Assembly: GCF_009914755.1 (NCBI RefSeq)
Contig: NC_060947.1
Reading direction: 5' to 3' (one strand)
DNA: 64,000 nt
From: the human T2T-CHM13v2.0 reference genome, Homo sapiens
Shown here: one piece after another, positions 14,011 to 29,399 of the stretch
Layout of the letters: the number at the start of each line of letters is the position of its first letter
Numbering within the stretch: the first letter of the stretch is position 1
The notes under the pieces: generated by a model
Database searches by the model: none
Seen by the model: the letters and a program-made list of their open reading frames with translations, nothing else
What the model was told of the DNA's origin: nothing
Position numbers and translations under genes: made by a program

Positions 14011-16638
14011 ACCTGCCTGGTTTATGCTCCCATTTCCTTCAAATCTTTATTCAAAGGCCAGGCCACCTCCTTAGGGAGGCATCCTGCCTTCCCTCTGGCC
14101 AGTTGGCCAGTCTGCCGTGGGTCCTCCATACTGGCCGTTGTTCCTACAGGACTCTGGTCAGAGGACAGCCGGAAGGCTGTGGCTGCTCACTACCAGCTGG
14201 CACATCTTCTTAGAGCCGCCCTCGTGTGGCCACTGTTAGGAATGGCAGTTTCTGCCCGACTTCGGTCTGAGAGAGAAATGAACAGAAAGACGAAAGACAA
14301 GCAGATGGCGGGATTTTTTTATTTATACATTAATTTACATAACCAAGTAAGTTGTTAAATATTTTGAATGTCACTTCTTACTGTATAAATATTCATTATC
14401 ACGAAACTACCATTGCTTTCTTAAGGCCCTAAATGCCAACTTGAGAACTAAGTTGCATATGTTATATGGGAACTTATGATATTTGAGTTATTAATTATAA
14501 CTAATACTTATAATAATTTATTATTAATTATAATCACATTTAGGACATTCTATTGGGAAATAGAAATTGTTTAGATTATTCACTTAAAAACGTTTTATTG
14601 TCTAATATTTGGTACATGCAAAAGAACATGTAACATTTTGGCACATATAAGTTATAAAGAATATATGAAAACATGACGAAATTAATATGTGCCTACGACG
14701 CCCTCACCCCATCAGGAACCATCCCTCCCTCTCACCACAGAAGTAACACTCTTCTGATTTGAGGGTTTATCATTTTTGTTTTGTTTTTTTAAAATAAAAC
14801 TTTATTTATATAGGTATCCCTAAAGAATATGTTGTTTATTTTTACTTGTTTCTTAGTATAATAAAAATGGTATCTTACTGTATGCAATCTTAAACAACTG
14901 CGATTTTTCAGTCAACATGTTTTTAGGATTTGTTCGTGTAGCATGTGGTGGTAGGTTGTTTTCATGTTCACTGCTGTATAATATTTCATGACTGTACCCC
15001 CAGATTGTTTATTCTTCTGTTGTCCAGCCTATGAGTCCCCACACCCAGGTTTTTGCTTATGAACAGTGCTGCTCTGCATATTCTTGTGAATGTCTCTTGG
15101 AACAAGTGTCTGAGGGTATACATCCAGGAGTGGAATTATTGGCTGATAGGAAGAAGTTATCTACCAGATAATATCAAATGTTTTCCAAAGCTGGTGTTCC
15201 AAAGTACAGAAGTGTTTCTGTTGTTCCTCATTTTCATCAACTCTTGGCATTGGTAGATTTAATTTTCACCAGTCTAGCGAGTGTAAGAGATCAGCTCTGA
15301 TGCAAGAAAAGCCGACGTTTCCGCATTCACTTTAAAATGTCACTGAAGGCTTACTGCTCCTTGGGGTACTTAAGTGTGTCTAATAATAGTTCCATCTCCA
15401 GGGTTCACCCCTGCTCAGCCTTTTTCTTGCCTGGGAAGGGCTAATCCTATCAGAGGTTTACTGAGGAAGAAACCATTTCAGGGTAACCCAATGGTTTCAT
15501 GAAAGCTCATGGGCAGAGGGTTTTTTTTAAAATGAACAATTTGAAACAGTATTTTAATTAAGAGATTCAAGCTGTTTCTGTTTTCCTAATGACCAGTGCT
15601 TGCTCTCATTGTAAATTACATTCCCAGGCAAGATGACAAGGAATCCTTTGGGTGACTTTTTTTTCCCCTCTCTCCTTTCTGATTTTCTGGACTACAAATT
15701 AAGACAGGTGGAGTTTCTTCTTACACACTTCCCCACCGGGTTTCCTGGGACTTCCCCCACCCTACAACTGCCTTCTTTTTGCTTCGCTGAAGAAGTGAAA
15801 AATTGAGGTGATTCTCTAAAATGAACATCTTTATTGATTAGGGGCTGATTCTGACAGCATGTGGCCATCTGTTTAATTGGGTTTTACATCTAAGATGTAA
15901 CTATACTTAGTAACGTGATTTATGACAATTTCATTCAGTTCCCATTATCATTTTCTGATTTATGCTACTTAAATCTTCTTCTGCACGCAATAGAGACTTG
16001 AATAGAAAACAGAAAAACCTGTAGTTGTTTTTTCTTTTTCAAATCCATGCCTTTGTGTGGAACCCTATGATTTGTGGCCATCTTTCAATGTTAGATTTTT
16101 ACAGGGTGGTTACAACTTCTTATTTTTCTTCCCTTGTCAAGCTGGGTAGCAACGTCTCTAGACATGGCATGTAGTGTGAAATTATAATGATTTAAATCTG
16201 CTGTATGAGGAGTTAAACTCAGTAGCTGTCATAAAATTTAATTATATTTGAATAAGGTGGTTAAAGAGGAAAACACAAATCTGAAATGATTGGTGCTTAA
16301 CCCTAACTTTGTGATAACTGCGACACTGATCTTGCTGCTTTTCAGAGTGGCAAGGTGAGAACATGAATCAGAGATCTAGTTTGTATGGCCTTAGTCGAGG
16401 TTTTTATCCTTCCAGACCCCTATTGTCCTGTCTGCCACATGTTGAGGCTATCTAGCCCATAGGGTTTTAGGGGAAGATTTAATGAGACGAATTTGTAAAG
16501 TGCCAGCACATTGCCAAGCTCAGGGCTTGTATATCTAAACCTGGCATGCCAGGAATCCCTGCGATAACCATTGTGTCACAAGACAAACAGCAAAATATAA
16601 AGATCGGCAGGGGGGATTATTTCAAACTTTTGCCCTCA

Positions 16639-16945
<307 letters not shown>

Positions 16946-17232
16946 GAGATTTTATTATAATGTTCCACATTATAATATGTATGCATGCAACTGACTAAAT
17001 GCTGAGTAAAAGAAGCCAGGTGTAAGACTAAATACTGTTCTGTTTCATGTGTATAAAGTTCAGGAACAGGCAAATACATCTATATGATAGAAGTTAAAAT
17101 AATGACTACCTTTGTTGGGGGTATTGACTGAGAGGAGGCATGTGACACATTCTTTATCTTGATCTCAGATGTGGTTACACAGGTGATACAAGAGTAAAAA
17201 CTCACCGTGTTCTATCATTAAAATTTGTGTCT

Positions 17233-17540
<308 letters not shown>

Positions 17541-18589
17541 TTACTGTATGTTAAGTGACACCTCAAAATAAATAGGAACACTGCTCCTTTTCTCCATAAA
17601 AATGTTTGGAACAGCGTATAGTATGCATGGACATCTGGAGCTAATAATAGGTTGCCTCAGGCTAAGTCTCTAGATGTGTAGACCAGGGATTGGCAAACTA
17701 TTTCTGTAAATTGCCAGATAGTAATATTTTTGGCTTTGCAAGTCATAGTGTCTTTGTTGCAATTTCTCAACTCTGCCATGGCAGCCATAGACAGTTCATA
17801 AACCAATGAACCTGGCTGTGTTCCAGTAAAACTTTATTTACAAAACAGGTGGCAATATTCAGGTAGTGGTAGTGGTGGGAAGAGTGAACAGCTCATATTT
17901 GGTTTTCATTTCTACTAACATGGATTGGTCTTTAGAAGAAAATTCATTTTAAGTATTCACTATCAATGAATATTTGAAAAGCGCCTCATTTAAGTATTTG
18001 GTTTTTATTTTCATACATCTCAAATCAAATTAAAGAAGTATCTTAAACAGATAAGATCTTGGCTTGAAAACAAGCATGGCCTAAGGGCTAAAACCAATGA
18101 TTTTATTATCTTTGCTGTTATACACAAGGGATTTTTTTCCCCTCAGTTTAATCACAGATATTCTGCTAAAGAAGATAAGCCTTTGTCCAGAGGCTGGGCT
18201 TATGGGGGCATCGAATTATGGAATTAACCTGGAAATCAAACATAGATTTGTTTTGCTGTTAAGGAAATAACTGTGTTTCAAACTGGGAGAATTTCTCATA
18301 CTTCACTGGCTCTGCCTGAAACCATAAAGTAAAAGCTAAGTTAGCAAATACTCACCTGTGGCTTCTCTTGGAATTTAATGAAATTAAATCTTTGAATCCA
18401 CTTGATGTTCCATCTGGGGACATGAGAATATAAGACTAATATATAGAATTTGGGAATAGTCTTCCATTGTTTTTAGAGCTAGAAAGAAACTTAAGTGGTC
18501 ACCTCATCCAAATTTCTCACTACCTAAAAGAGATCCTGACACTCAGAGCAATTCTTAGTAATTTTTTTTCCACTTATTCACTTGATTTT

Positions 18590-19080
18590 CAAGTGAATTT
18601 TCAAGGCCCCAATGATTTTCACTTCCCGGTATTCATTCCCCTGTCTAGTCCCCTGCCACACTGAGTAAGGCTTACCACTGTAACTAATAGGATGCTATGG
18701 AAATTCTAGATTATGACTTCTGAGGCTGGGTCATATAAAACATTGTGGCTTTTGTTTTTTGGATAATGTTCACTCTGGGGGAAGCCAACCACCACACTGT
18801 GAGGGCATTCAGGGAGCTCACACAGAGATCCACATGTGAAGGAACTGGGGCCCCCTGCTCATTAGGAGTACCATGTGAGTGCGCCATCTTGGAAGTAGAT
18901 CCCCAGTGCAGCCAAGCTTTCAGATGACCGTGGCCCAGGCTGACATCTTGGCTGCAACCTCACGAGACACTGATACAGAACCACCCAAATAAGCTGTTTC
19001 CAAACTCCTGACCCAGAGAAATGGGGAGATAGCAACTATGTCTGGGGATGATTTGTTACACAGCAAGAGGTAACTAATAT
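18590..19080 (+). mobile_element. MLT1-type LTR
   Basis: ggcccccaatgattttcacttcccggtattca...tttgttacacagcaagaggtaactaata. Confidence 0.65.
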
Positions 19081-19134
19081 AGCTATTAGAGCATGCCCAG
19101 GTACTAACTGAGTTTGGTAGGAGGGTATATAACT

Positions 19135-19672
19135 TTGTGTGGTTTAGTGGTTAAGGGTGTGAGCTCTGAAGTATGACAGTTTGATTTTGAATCCTGGCTT
19201 GGCCACTAATAACTTGCAACCTTGGGCAAGTTACTTAACATCTTTAAGCCTCAGTTTAATTATCTGTAAAATGGAGCTAATAGTAGTAACCATCCTATAG
19301 GGTTTTTGTGAAGATTAAATGATACTATATATTTAATATCTAATGTTATCTAGTACATTTTATAATCTAATATTAGATACATAATATTAATATGTAATAT
19401 TAAATATTAATTATATCTAATATTAATATACATTTATAGTTATATATTATAAATTATACATATAATATATTATATAATATTTATATAATATATATCAATA
19501 TGTAATATATAAGTATATATTAAATTATATATACTTATATATATGTTAATATTGTATATATAATATCATTTAATCTTAACCCTATAGGATGGTTACTACT
19601 ATTATATATATATATAAAATGCTTGGTATAGAGTGTGGTTCATAGTAGGCACCCAATAAACATTAGCTATTA
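19135..19672 (+). mobile_element. MIR interrupted by an AT-rich fold-back insert
   Basis: MIR core ccttgggcaagttacttaacatctttaagcctcagtttaattatctgtaaaatgg; 3' end resumes near 19612. Confidence 0.8.
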
Positions 19673-20135
19673 GTCCTTGCTTTTGAGGAGCTGGGAGAGA
19701 GAGACTTGTTACCAGGTCATTTAGAAGACATCATGGTGAGTGTGCAACAGAAGGGTGTGCAGTGCATTCTGGGAGCCACAGTGGAGGGGCAATTAAGCCT
19801 GGGGGAGTCAAGATTGGATTCCCTATGAAACTGATGTTTGAGTGGACTTTGGAAAGAAAAAGAAATTTCTCTGGGCACAGAAGTGAGATTAGGGCATTTA
19901 GGAAGAAGCACTGTTGTTTGGTGCAAAGGCGCAGATATGGCAGAACATAGCACAGGAACAGACTGTGAGATGGCCACAAATGCTGGGGCACAGCTTGCAC
20001 TGGTGGAAGAGACAGCAAAGGGAGTGATGGGAGATGATAAGTGGAAGGAAGGCTTTGTGGGTCATGTCAAAGAACAGGCCAGAGGGAGCTAGTATAGTTT
20101 TTTTGCGGGGAGGCAAATAACTTAAGTTTTACTTC

Positions 20136-20498
20136 TGTATTGGTCTGTTTTCACACTGCTAGTAAAGACGTACCCAAGACTGGGTAATTTATAAAGGAAA
20201 GAGGTTTAATGGACTCACAGTTCCACATGGCTGGGAGGCCTCACAATTATGGCGGATGGCGAAGGAGCAGCAAAGGCATGTCTTACATGGTGGCAGGCAA
20301 GAGAGTGTATGCAGGGGAACTCCCATTTATAAAACCATCAGATCTCATGAGACTTATTCACTATCATGAGAACAGCATGGGAACAACCTGCCCCTATGAT
20401 TTAATTACCTCCCACTGGGTCCCTCCTACAACATGTGGGAATTATGGGAGCTACAATTCAAGATGAGTTTTGGGTGGGAACACAGCCTAACCATATCA
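20136..20498 (-). mobile_element. THE1 solo LTR with 5-bp TSD ACTTC
   Basis: TGTATT...CCATATCA termini; ACTTC at 20131-20135 and 20499-20503. Confidence 0.92.
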
Positions 20499-20708
20499 AC
20501 TTCCTTAATCCTAGTATTAAAGATCATGGTCTGGAGAGGGACAGATTGCAGCCACTAAGACCAGTTAGGAGTTTTGCAAATGGCTCAAGAGAAGGACGGG
20601 GAGGGCCTAAACTTAGGCAATGACAGGGGTGAGGAGGAGTAGGAAGTTTATAAATCATATCCCAGGAGATAATTGTCAAATAACTGCATAATGATAATAC
20701 AGATAGCA

Positions 20709-21309
20709 CAGTGATCCTCCCTTATCCATGGTTTTGCTTTTCATTGTTTCAGTTACCTATGGGCAACCAAGTTCTGAAAATATTCAGTGGAAAATGCCAG
20801 AAGTAAACAGTTCCTAAGTTTTAAGTCGTGTGCCATTCTGAGTAGCATGATGAAATCTCTTGCTGTCCAGCTCTGTGCCGCCTGGGACGTGAATCATCTC
20901 TTTGTCCAGTGTATCCATGTTGTATATGCTACTTGCCTGTTAGTCACTTAGTAGCTGTCTCAGTTACCAGATCAACTGTCACAGTGCTTGTGCCCAAGTA
21001 ACCCTTATGTTACTTAATAATGGCCCCAAAGCATAAGAGTAGTGATGCTGGCAATTCAGGTATGCCAAAGAGAAGCTTCCTTTCAGTGCTAAGGTGAAAG
21101 TTCTCCACTTAAGGAAATTTAAAAAGAAATCATATACTGAGGTTGCTAAGATCTACAGTAAGAACGAATCTTCTATACATGAAGTTGTGGAGGAAAAAGA
21201 AATTTGTGCATTGTGTGCGTGTGTGTATTAGTTTGGTACTATCTGAGGTTTCAGGTGTCCACCAGGGGTCTTGGAACATATCTCCCAAGGACAAGAGCGG
21301 GGACTACTG
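20709..21309. mobile_element. MER44/Tigger7-like Tc1-mariner derivative
   Basis: TIR-like ends cagtgatcctcccttatcc... and ...ggacaagagcggggactactg. Confidence 0.7.
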
Positions 21310-21657
21310 TACTTTTCTAACTTTTCCACTAGGGCTTTACAGGACTTCCATCAAATGGAGATTATAACTGTTCTGTGCAGCTAGGCTTTGCTGAGGAACC
21401 ATTAATATGCCAACCATTATGCCAGGTACTTTAATGTATGTTATCTCTAATCTTCACAACAGTTCTATAAACTTGGTATTATGGGCTCATTTTACAGAAG
21501 AAGAAACTGAAGCTCAGAGAGGTGATGCAACTTGCAAAAGACTGCAAAACTAGCAAATTGCAGAGCTGGGAGTATAACCCAGCTTATCTGATTGCATCCT
21601 GTTTATCGTCACACTACACTGTTCAAAACTGGATAGGAAATGTGAGAATTACAGTCA

Positions 21658-22065
<408 letters not shown>

Positions 22066-22472
22066 TCACCCATGCTGCTCGTTCACTGGTTGGGGGATTG
22101 TTTCTCTTCTGGTATGGAAACAAGATATTATAGAATGTAAGGCAGCCAGGAGGTGAGAGTGAGAAGTTTAGATGGTCCCCAAGTCCTACTGATTTCATGT
22201 CCAAAAGGGTTGTGGCATCAAGCAGTTCATTATTGCCTCTTCTAACGATGCTGTTCTCTGCAAGCTTTTTGGCCAAGCCTGTGATCTCCTTGGGTCTTTA
22301 GCTTATGGGAAGAGTGGAGGAGGGGTTATTCTGTAAGCTAGCTTAAAAGGAGTATTTAGATATACTCCCCCAAAAGGCTTTACTTTCCAAAGTTTACACT
22401 GAGATTTTAAAAGTTTTGTTAAGTGAGCTGAAGTTAAGTCATGAACAAACTTTGAATAGTTTGTGAAATTGA

Positions 22473-22862
<390 letters not shown>

Positions 22863-24417
22863 TGAGGAATTTGGAGGTCCTGATACAGACCCCCAGTTTC
22901 TGAAGCCTAACCAAGGAGGCACCTGAGAATGGTGTTCTGGGTAGTATCCTGGGAGGACAAAACTAGCTTCATCTGGAATGCTCTGCAGTCTCATGGGATT
23001 CCTGTTACCATGGTAAGTCCCAGAACCAATGCCTGTAAGGATGCAATTTGCCGCTTGCAGGGTATTTCTAAATGCTGTTTTCAGACATAGTGCACTGGTC
23101 AGGTTGGCTGCAGGGCTGGTAGTAGGAAAGCATGAAATGATTATCAGAGTCAACCTGATTAAAGACAGGATGTAAGCAAGCCAGGGTGAGGTGAGCATAG
23201 GGACCTAAAAACCAGCCATGGGAACAGGAGACAGGATGTCAGGGAGAAATCTCATTAATTGACCTTGATGGTCACAGTCTCATTTGTCTTCTCTTTAAAA
23301 AATCAATTGTTTTTTACCCTTATTTACAAAAGGAGTTCATATTTATTGTAGAAAATCTAGAAAAATTTTAAGTGAACTAAAAATTTAAAAAGTTAATATC
23401 ATTTAAAGATAGTCATGGTTAATACCTTTGTTGAATACCACTGAGATGTATGTTTATCTACAAATATTTTACAGTTTAAATTAACTAGACTCATCCAACA
23501 GTACTACTTTTTCCCCACTGAACATTGTAACATGAATATTTTTTCCATTTATTACATATTCTTCCAAGTCATCGAGTGTAGTGTTCAATTGAGAAAACAC
23601 CTTAATTTATTTAATTACTTCCCAATGGACATTTAGGCTGTTTCCCTATTGTTAAAGAACCCTCTGTATTAATAAGTTTTGTGGCTTTCTGTCTAAATCT
23701 GAGACCATTTCTTTAGAGTAAATTCCTAGAAGTGGAGGAGTTGCTGTATCAAATGGTATGCCCCATTTGAGGGTTTTGAAATGCATCTTACCCAACTTCT
23801 CTCAAGAAAGCAGTACAAATTTGTATTTCCAGTAACAACAAATGAGATGGTTTAACCTTTAATGAGTTGCATCTTAAAGATACTGTTGGAGGAAATGAAT
23901 AGAGAGACTCAGTTTTTTGTCTAACTGATATAGGGAAAATATCAGTCACATTTCATTCTTGAGACCATTATTGCATAACCAGATATGGTTCAGTGAACCC
24001 ACATAAGCATTTGTTGAGTACCTACCATGCTCCCAGGCCTGGGCTGAATATCCCTGCTGCTAGTGTCAGTTTCAAATACTTAGTACAGCAATCAATAAAT
24101 GAGAGGACCTGTTGGAATATGAGTAGAATATGAGACACCGAGCTTTATAGTGGAAGGAAATTAGTGTTTTCTTTGCCAGATGTTAAACTATAGCAGTGGT
24201 TCTCAAAGTGCGGTCCCTGGATCATCAGCATCGCTTGTGATAGATGGGGATTATCTGGCCCTACCTCCTGAATCAGAGACTCTGGGATTTGGGCCCAGCA
24301 ATTTATGTTTTAACAAGGTCTTAACCACCAAACTTCTGCAAGATGCCAAAGATTGAGGACCGCTGAGCTATAAAAAGGCAGCAAATGCAGAAGAGGTCAG
24401 ACTTGTTGGGTAAAGGT

Positions 24418-24529
24418 GGGGTGACTAACTTCTCCTGGTTTGCCTGGGACCATCCCAGTTTTAGCACAGAAAGTCTCGCATCCCAGGAGCCCCTTCTGTC
24501 CCAGCTAGACAGGGATGGTTGGTCACCCT
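24418..24529. mobile_element. MER81-like hAT MITE
   Basis: TIRs GGGTGACTAAC ... GTTGGTCACCC. Confidence 0.7.
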
Positions 24530-27500
24530 GGTAAAGGGTGGCAGGGGTGAAGGGAGGTTCTCTTTGTTGCAGCCTAAAGGTAATTATGGCAGAAAAAGAA
24601 TAGAAGGGCCAGCAGAGAAGGTTTCAAGATGGAGGGCAGATTTCAGAAGCTGCTTTCTGCTTGTCAGCTCTAGGCTGATAGATGTGGTGGCAGGAGGTTA
24701 CCTGCAGGAAGCCAGCAGATGGCTAAGGCATCTTGCTGAATCCCTTGACAGGAGTCACAGCTGTTAGAACTTGATACTTTCTGGAAAGGGGAAGGTTGGC
24801 ATTCACCAAACTACTGCAAGATGCCAACTTGAAAAAAAAGCCATGATTAATCTTAGCAGTGATGACAATGAAATCATTTTACAGCAAAAACCATAACCAA
24901 AAGTGCTTTGTAATTGCAGCAATTTCCATGTCCTGACTGATGGCCCCCTAGATTCTAGAATGGTGTCGGGCTTATCTGATTACAAGAACTAATCCTGAAT
25001 AAGATGTAACATTCATTCTTAGAGTAAGCATTCATCCCGGATTTTCTAAAGCAGGTGCAATTTAAACTCTTTTTGTTCTTTACTACAGTCAATAATGTAT
25101 AAGGCATGTAAAGTTTCAGTTTTGAAAGTATAGTGTGCAAAATTTTAATAAAAGTAATCATACGTTACATTGTTACATGCATGGTGTTGATGACAGAAAG
25201 ACAGGAGGGCTGATTTATAGATCAGTTAAACATAAGAAATTCCTTATTTTTCCTAAACCAACAATTCTGAACCTGTTTTCATAGTCGAATCACCTGGGGA
25301 GCTTTTAAAAAATGCTTATGTTCAGGGTTCCATCCCAGAGATGGTGACTTAATAGGTTTGAGGCAGGGGCTTGGACATAGATATTAAACAAGCAAAATTC
25401 CCCAGGTGATGTGCATTTGGGGTTGAGAATACTGTACTTACCCTGATATAAACCAATGGGTCCCAACTTTAGCATGTACCAGAATAGCCTGAAGTGCTAT
25501 TCAGTAGGTCTAGGGAGGTGGGGGTGCAAACATTTGCACCTCTAAGGAGTGCCCTGGTGATGCTGATGCTGCTGGTTTGCAGACCAAGATTTGATCACCA
25601 GTTTCCTAAACCATTCCTACTCCAAACCCCAGATAATCGTACAAACCACATCTGTCACCCATTAGCTAGACATGTGAATAAATAACTCCCTCTCAAAACA
25701 CTTCTGCACATCTACTCCCACGTATCCAGTATTTCTTTTCTCTACTGAGTTTAAAACATATTTCAATTAAAAAGCATACTTTAGAAAGCTTGGTATAGGT
25801 TTACCTTCCTCTTTAGGTCTTGCAAAATAGGATTATTTGTCGAGTGGTATCCTTTCTCCCTCACTAGATTGTAGGTTCTCTGAGGACATTTGTTTGTTCG
25901 AAGGTTGCCCATGTGGCTTAGGACATCATAGGTGCTCAGTAAATGTTAGTAGTCAGTGGTTATGCATAGAAATTGCATCATCATAACCAAACCCACCTAT
26001 TCCCAGTAGTTTTTATAATGGGATCTAAATAGACTGACACTCCAAAATTAGGATCATAAAACGTATTCACTTAGAGAAGTCGAAGCTATTGCACAGGACA
26101 AGTAAAATAATCAAAGAAGTTAGCAGAAGGTAACTACAAGGGAATTTCACCAAGAAGGACAATAATGTAGATAAGATGATATATCAGCAATAGCCCTGAA
26201 ATGTGGACTGATACATAGAGTAGTTTAGTAATATAAGCACACACTTAAGGCTTTTGAAAAAAAAATAACTGTCACAACTTGTACTGGAGCCACATTAATA
26301 CATCAAAAAATCCATGCAAATGACCAAATATCCCATTGTTTGACAAAACTAATAATGCAACAGAATGTATTGACATAGTCCACCCCTTAACAAAACTATC
26401 ACAAACATCCACACTGAAAGAAAACAGACACAGGTACACACTTAATGAAAAAACCCAAGTATATTTCTGGAGAAAGCAGCTACAGCAAATATGGAAACAG
26501 ATTTAGTTCAATAAACAGCTGAATGTGTATGCTGGTCCACACATCCTCAAGCCCATTGAATTTTCCTTTGGAATTTTCCCTTGGTCACCTTTTTTTGGAT
26601 TGAATTTACTTTGTCATTTGCCCCTGGCTCTGTCACTTCTGTCCAGAGGCTGCTGCAGGGATCCTAAATGAACAAATTCAATGATGCTTATTCCTTCAGA
26701 GGAGTCAAAAGAGATGTTGAATTTAAGAATGAAATGCTCCTGAAGGTAGATGAGTTCAAGTTGTCTTGCATTGTGTTACTACACTTACAAAAGTTTGCTA
26801 TAGAGAAAGGAGAAAAGCACATGGTCTGGGTTTCTGAAGACTGGCAGTGAAAGTTGGAGGCTTCCTATTTTGTAAAATCTGACCAAACATGGAAATAACA
26901 GGAAAAGATGTCTGAGTCTGGTTCATAGTTGTCTAAAATCATCAGCATTTATAAGTTATTAACACATCAATATTAAAAATTAATATTAAATTATTAATTT
27001 ATTAATACTTTATTAATATTAAATTATTATTAATATTTAAAAAACTTCCAAATAACATACAATTTTGGAAGGTAATGTTTTAAAAATATTTTCTGTATGA
27101 TAACTTTTCTGAACCATACACTTATGAATATGGAACTTAAAATTAATGCTGCAGTAAAGTGAACGCAACAATGAATGTAGGGAAAATGGATTAAATTAGT
27201 TCAATATTCTGCAGGCCGAAGGCCTTTGATCAATATTTTGTCTAATTTTCTCTTTCCAGCATATATCACAAACATAAAAAGGAAGAATATTCCACTTTTA
27301 TTGGGGGTCAGCAGGGAGGGCTAAGAGGATACAGGAGTGATGGTATTTGCATAAAACTGGCTGGACTATTTAGCTTGTTAATATCTGTATTGTGATTGAA
27401 AGTTTATTGGAAAAATGTGCTGATCTCAAAACTACACTAGTTCGGCAATGATAGCAAGAGAATGGAACCAACAAATTCTTTCATCTAGAAGGAAAATGAA

Positions 27501-28771
27501 AACCAGAACTTGAATAATGGGATGTATCTTAGATCTGGTACTGAATGTGGAAAATTCAAGAAGTAATACATTGGTACTACTAATAGTATCATGTAAGGTT
27601 TTAAACTTTGTCTAACAAGATGTACTCATAATGATAGGTAATGCTTCAACCCCAGTCATCCCTCTGAGTTTCACAAGATACAGAATCAGTTAATTCAACA
27701 AGTATTTATTGAGTGCTTACCATGAACCAGGTATTGTTCTAGCTCTGAAGACATCACCATTAAAGAATAGTAAAAAATAAAAATCCCTTTTGTCATGGAA
27801 CTTGCATTCTAGTTGGGGAAAGACAGAAAACGCATACAAAATAAGTCAAATGTAAACTGTCTTAGATGGTGGTAAGTGTTACGATGAGTTACAAAGCAAG
27901 AAAGTGGGTAGAATAACATCCTGCCCCTTAAAAAAGCACTAGGGAAGGGGTTAATGAAAAGATGATCTTAGCCTACATACCTGAAGCGAGCCATACAGAT
28001 AGTGGCGGAAAGTAGGTTCTAGGTTAGGAGAAGAGAGGCGTAGGGCAAAAGGAAAATTATTCCCTTTTTGCATGTCCTTCTATACAGTGTGAATTTGCTA
28101 GGCCTGAATATATTTATTTATTTGTTTTCTTGAGGTCTGAGCTGTGGAATAATGTGCTAAATTTGTTTTCTTCTCTATACTTGTTTGTACTAAAAAAAAC
28201 TCTAATTAATGCAGCTTACAATAATGTGTACTGAAACCCAGACACATTGAGGCATTTAACTTTTCTGGGAAAGCTGTAGCTACCGTCAGGGTATGATTTA
28301 TGACTATAAAAGTCAAATAGTTGAGCCTGGGGTAATCACCCACTGAATGTGATTGGTTCTTTGGCAATTGTGTCCTAAACAAAAGCACTCTGTCTTTTAT
28401 GGTCAGCATTTTGCTAAGCTCCAACTAGGTTACTCCATATTTACTGATAGGAGAATTGTAATGAGAAACACCAGTAAAAAGGAGAGGTTGACCCCAGTAG
28501 AAAACCAAAAGCAGGTTCTTGTGGCTTTCCCAGGTGCAGATTTGAAAAAGACAGTATTACTGATAAATAATTAGGTTATTACAAAGACCAATATTTTCTT
28601 TTGTCAGAATTTTAATCATTGAAGTGGTATAACCACAATTTGTATTTTTGCCTGAAATAGGAGTGGAATTTGCTGGTGTTAACAAATGCAAGAACAAAAT
28701 AATACTATATAAGCTTAGTTAACTGTTTTTCAATAGCCTTTAGAAGAATTTTCTGTAATACACACACACTT

Positions 28772-29399
28772 CTTTTTTTTTGAGATGCTAAAAGAAATTT
28801 TAATAATTGTTACATAACATACTGTGTAGCTATTTGATGAAATCTACCTCTGTGTAATAATTATTAAAGTAAGTCTTGAAATGTATGATAAGAATATATT
28901 AGTTTTTTGGGTACAATTTCCATGAAAAAAATAAGAAAACAAATAAATAACTAAAATAAGAAATAGGAGGTTTTTTATACATACTGTTGTCATCATACAA
29001 AATTACTCTATTAACTAAATTTACCTGACATTGTCACCGTTAAAAGCAAAATCAAGACAAAACTAATTCTCAAATTTATTTAATTTTAGTAATATATTTT
29101 ATTTAACCCTATATACCCAAAATATTTTCATTCTAATATGTAATCAATATACAAAAATTATTAAAGAGATGTTTTATGTTCTTTTTTCATACTAAGGCTT
29201 GAAAATCCAGGGGGTATTTTATTTATTTTTATTTAGTGTACTTTAAGTTCTAGGGTACATGTGCACAATGTGCAGGTTTGTTACATAGGTATACATGTGC
29301 CGTGTTGGTTTGCTGCACCCATCAACTCGTCATTTACATTTGGTATTTCTCCTAATGCTATCCCTCCCCTAGCCCCCCACCCCCCGACAGGCCCCTGTG
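28772..29399 (-). mobile_element. 5'-truncated L1PA insertion carrying a ~430-bp 3' transduction
   Basis: L1PA 3' end at about 29215-29399; non-L1 DNA 28782-29215; ATTAAA on the minus strand at 28799-28804; T9 tract; 13-bp TSD TACACACACACTT. Confidence 0.75.

Noticed and set aside
26965-27040. AT-only stretch with short palindromes
   Set aside because: Low-complexity A/T; self-complementarity is expected by chance and there are no unique arms.
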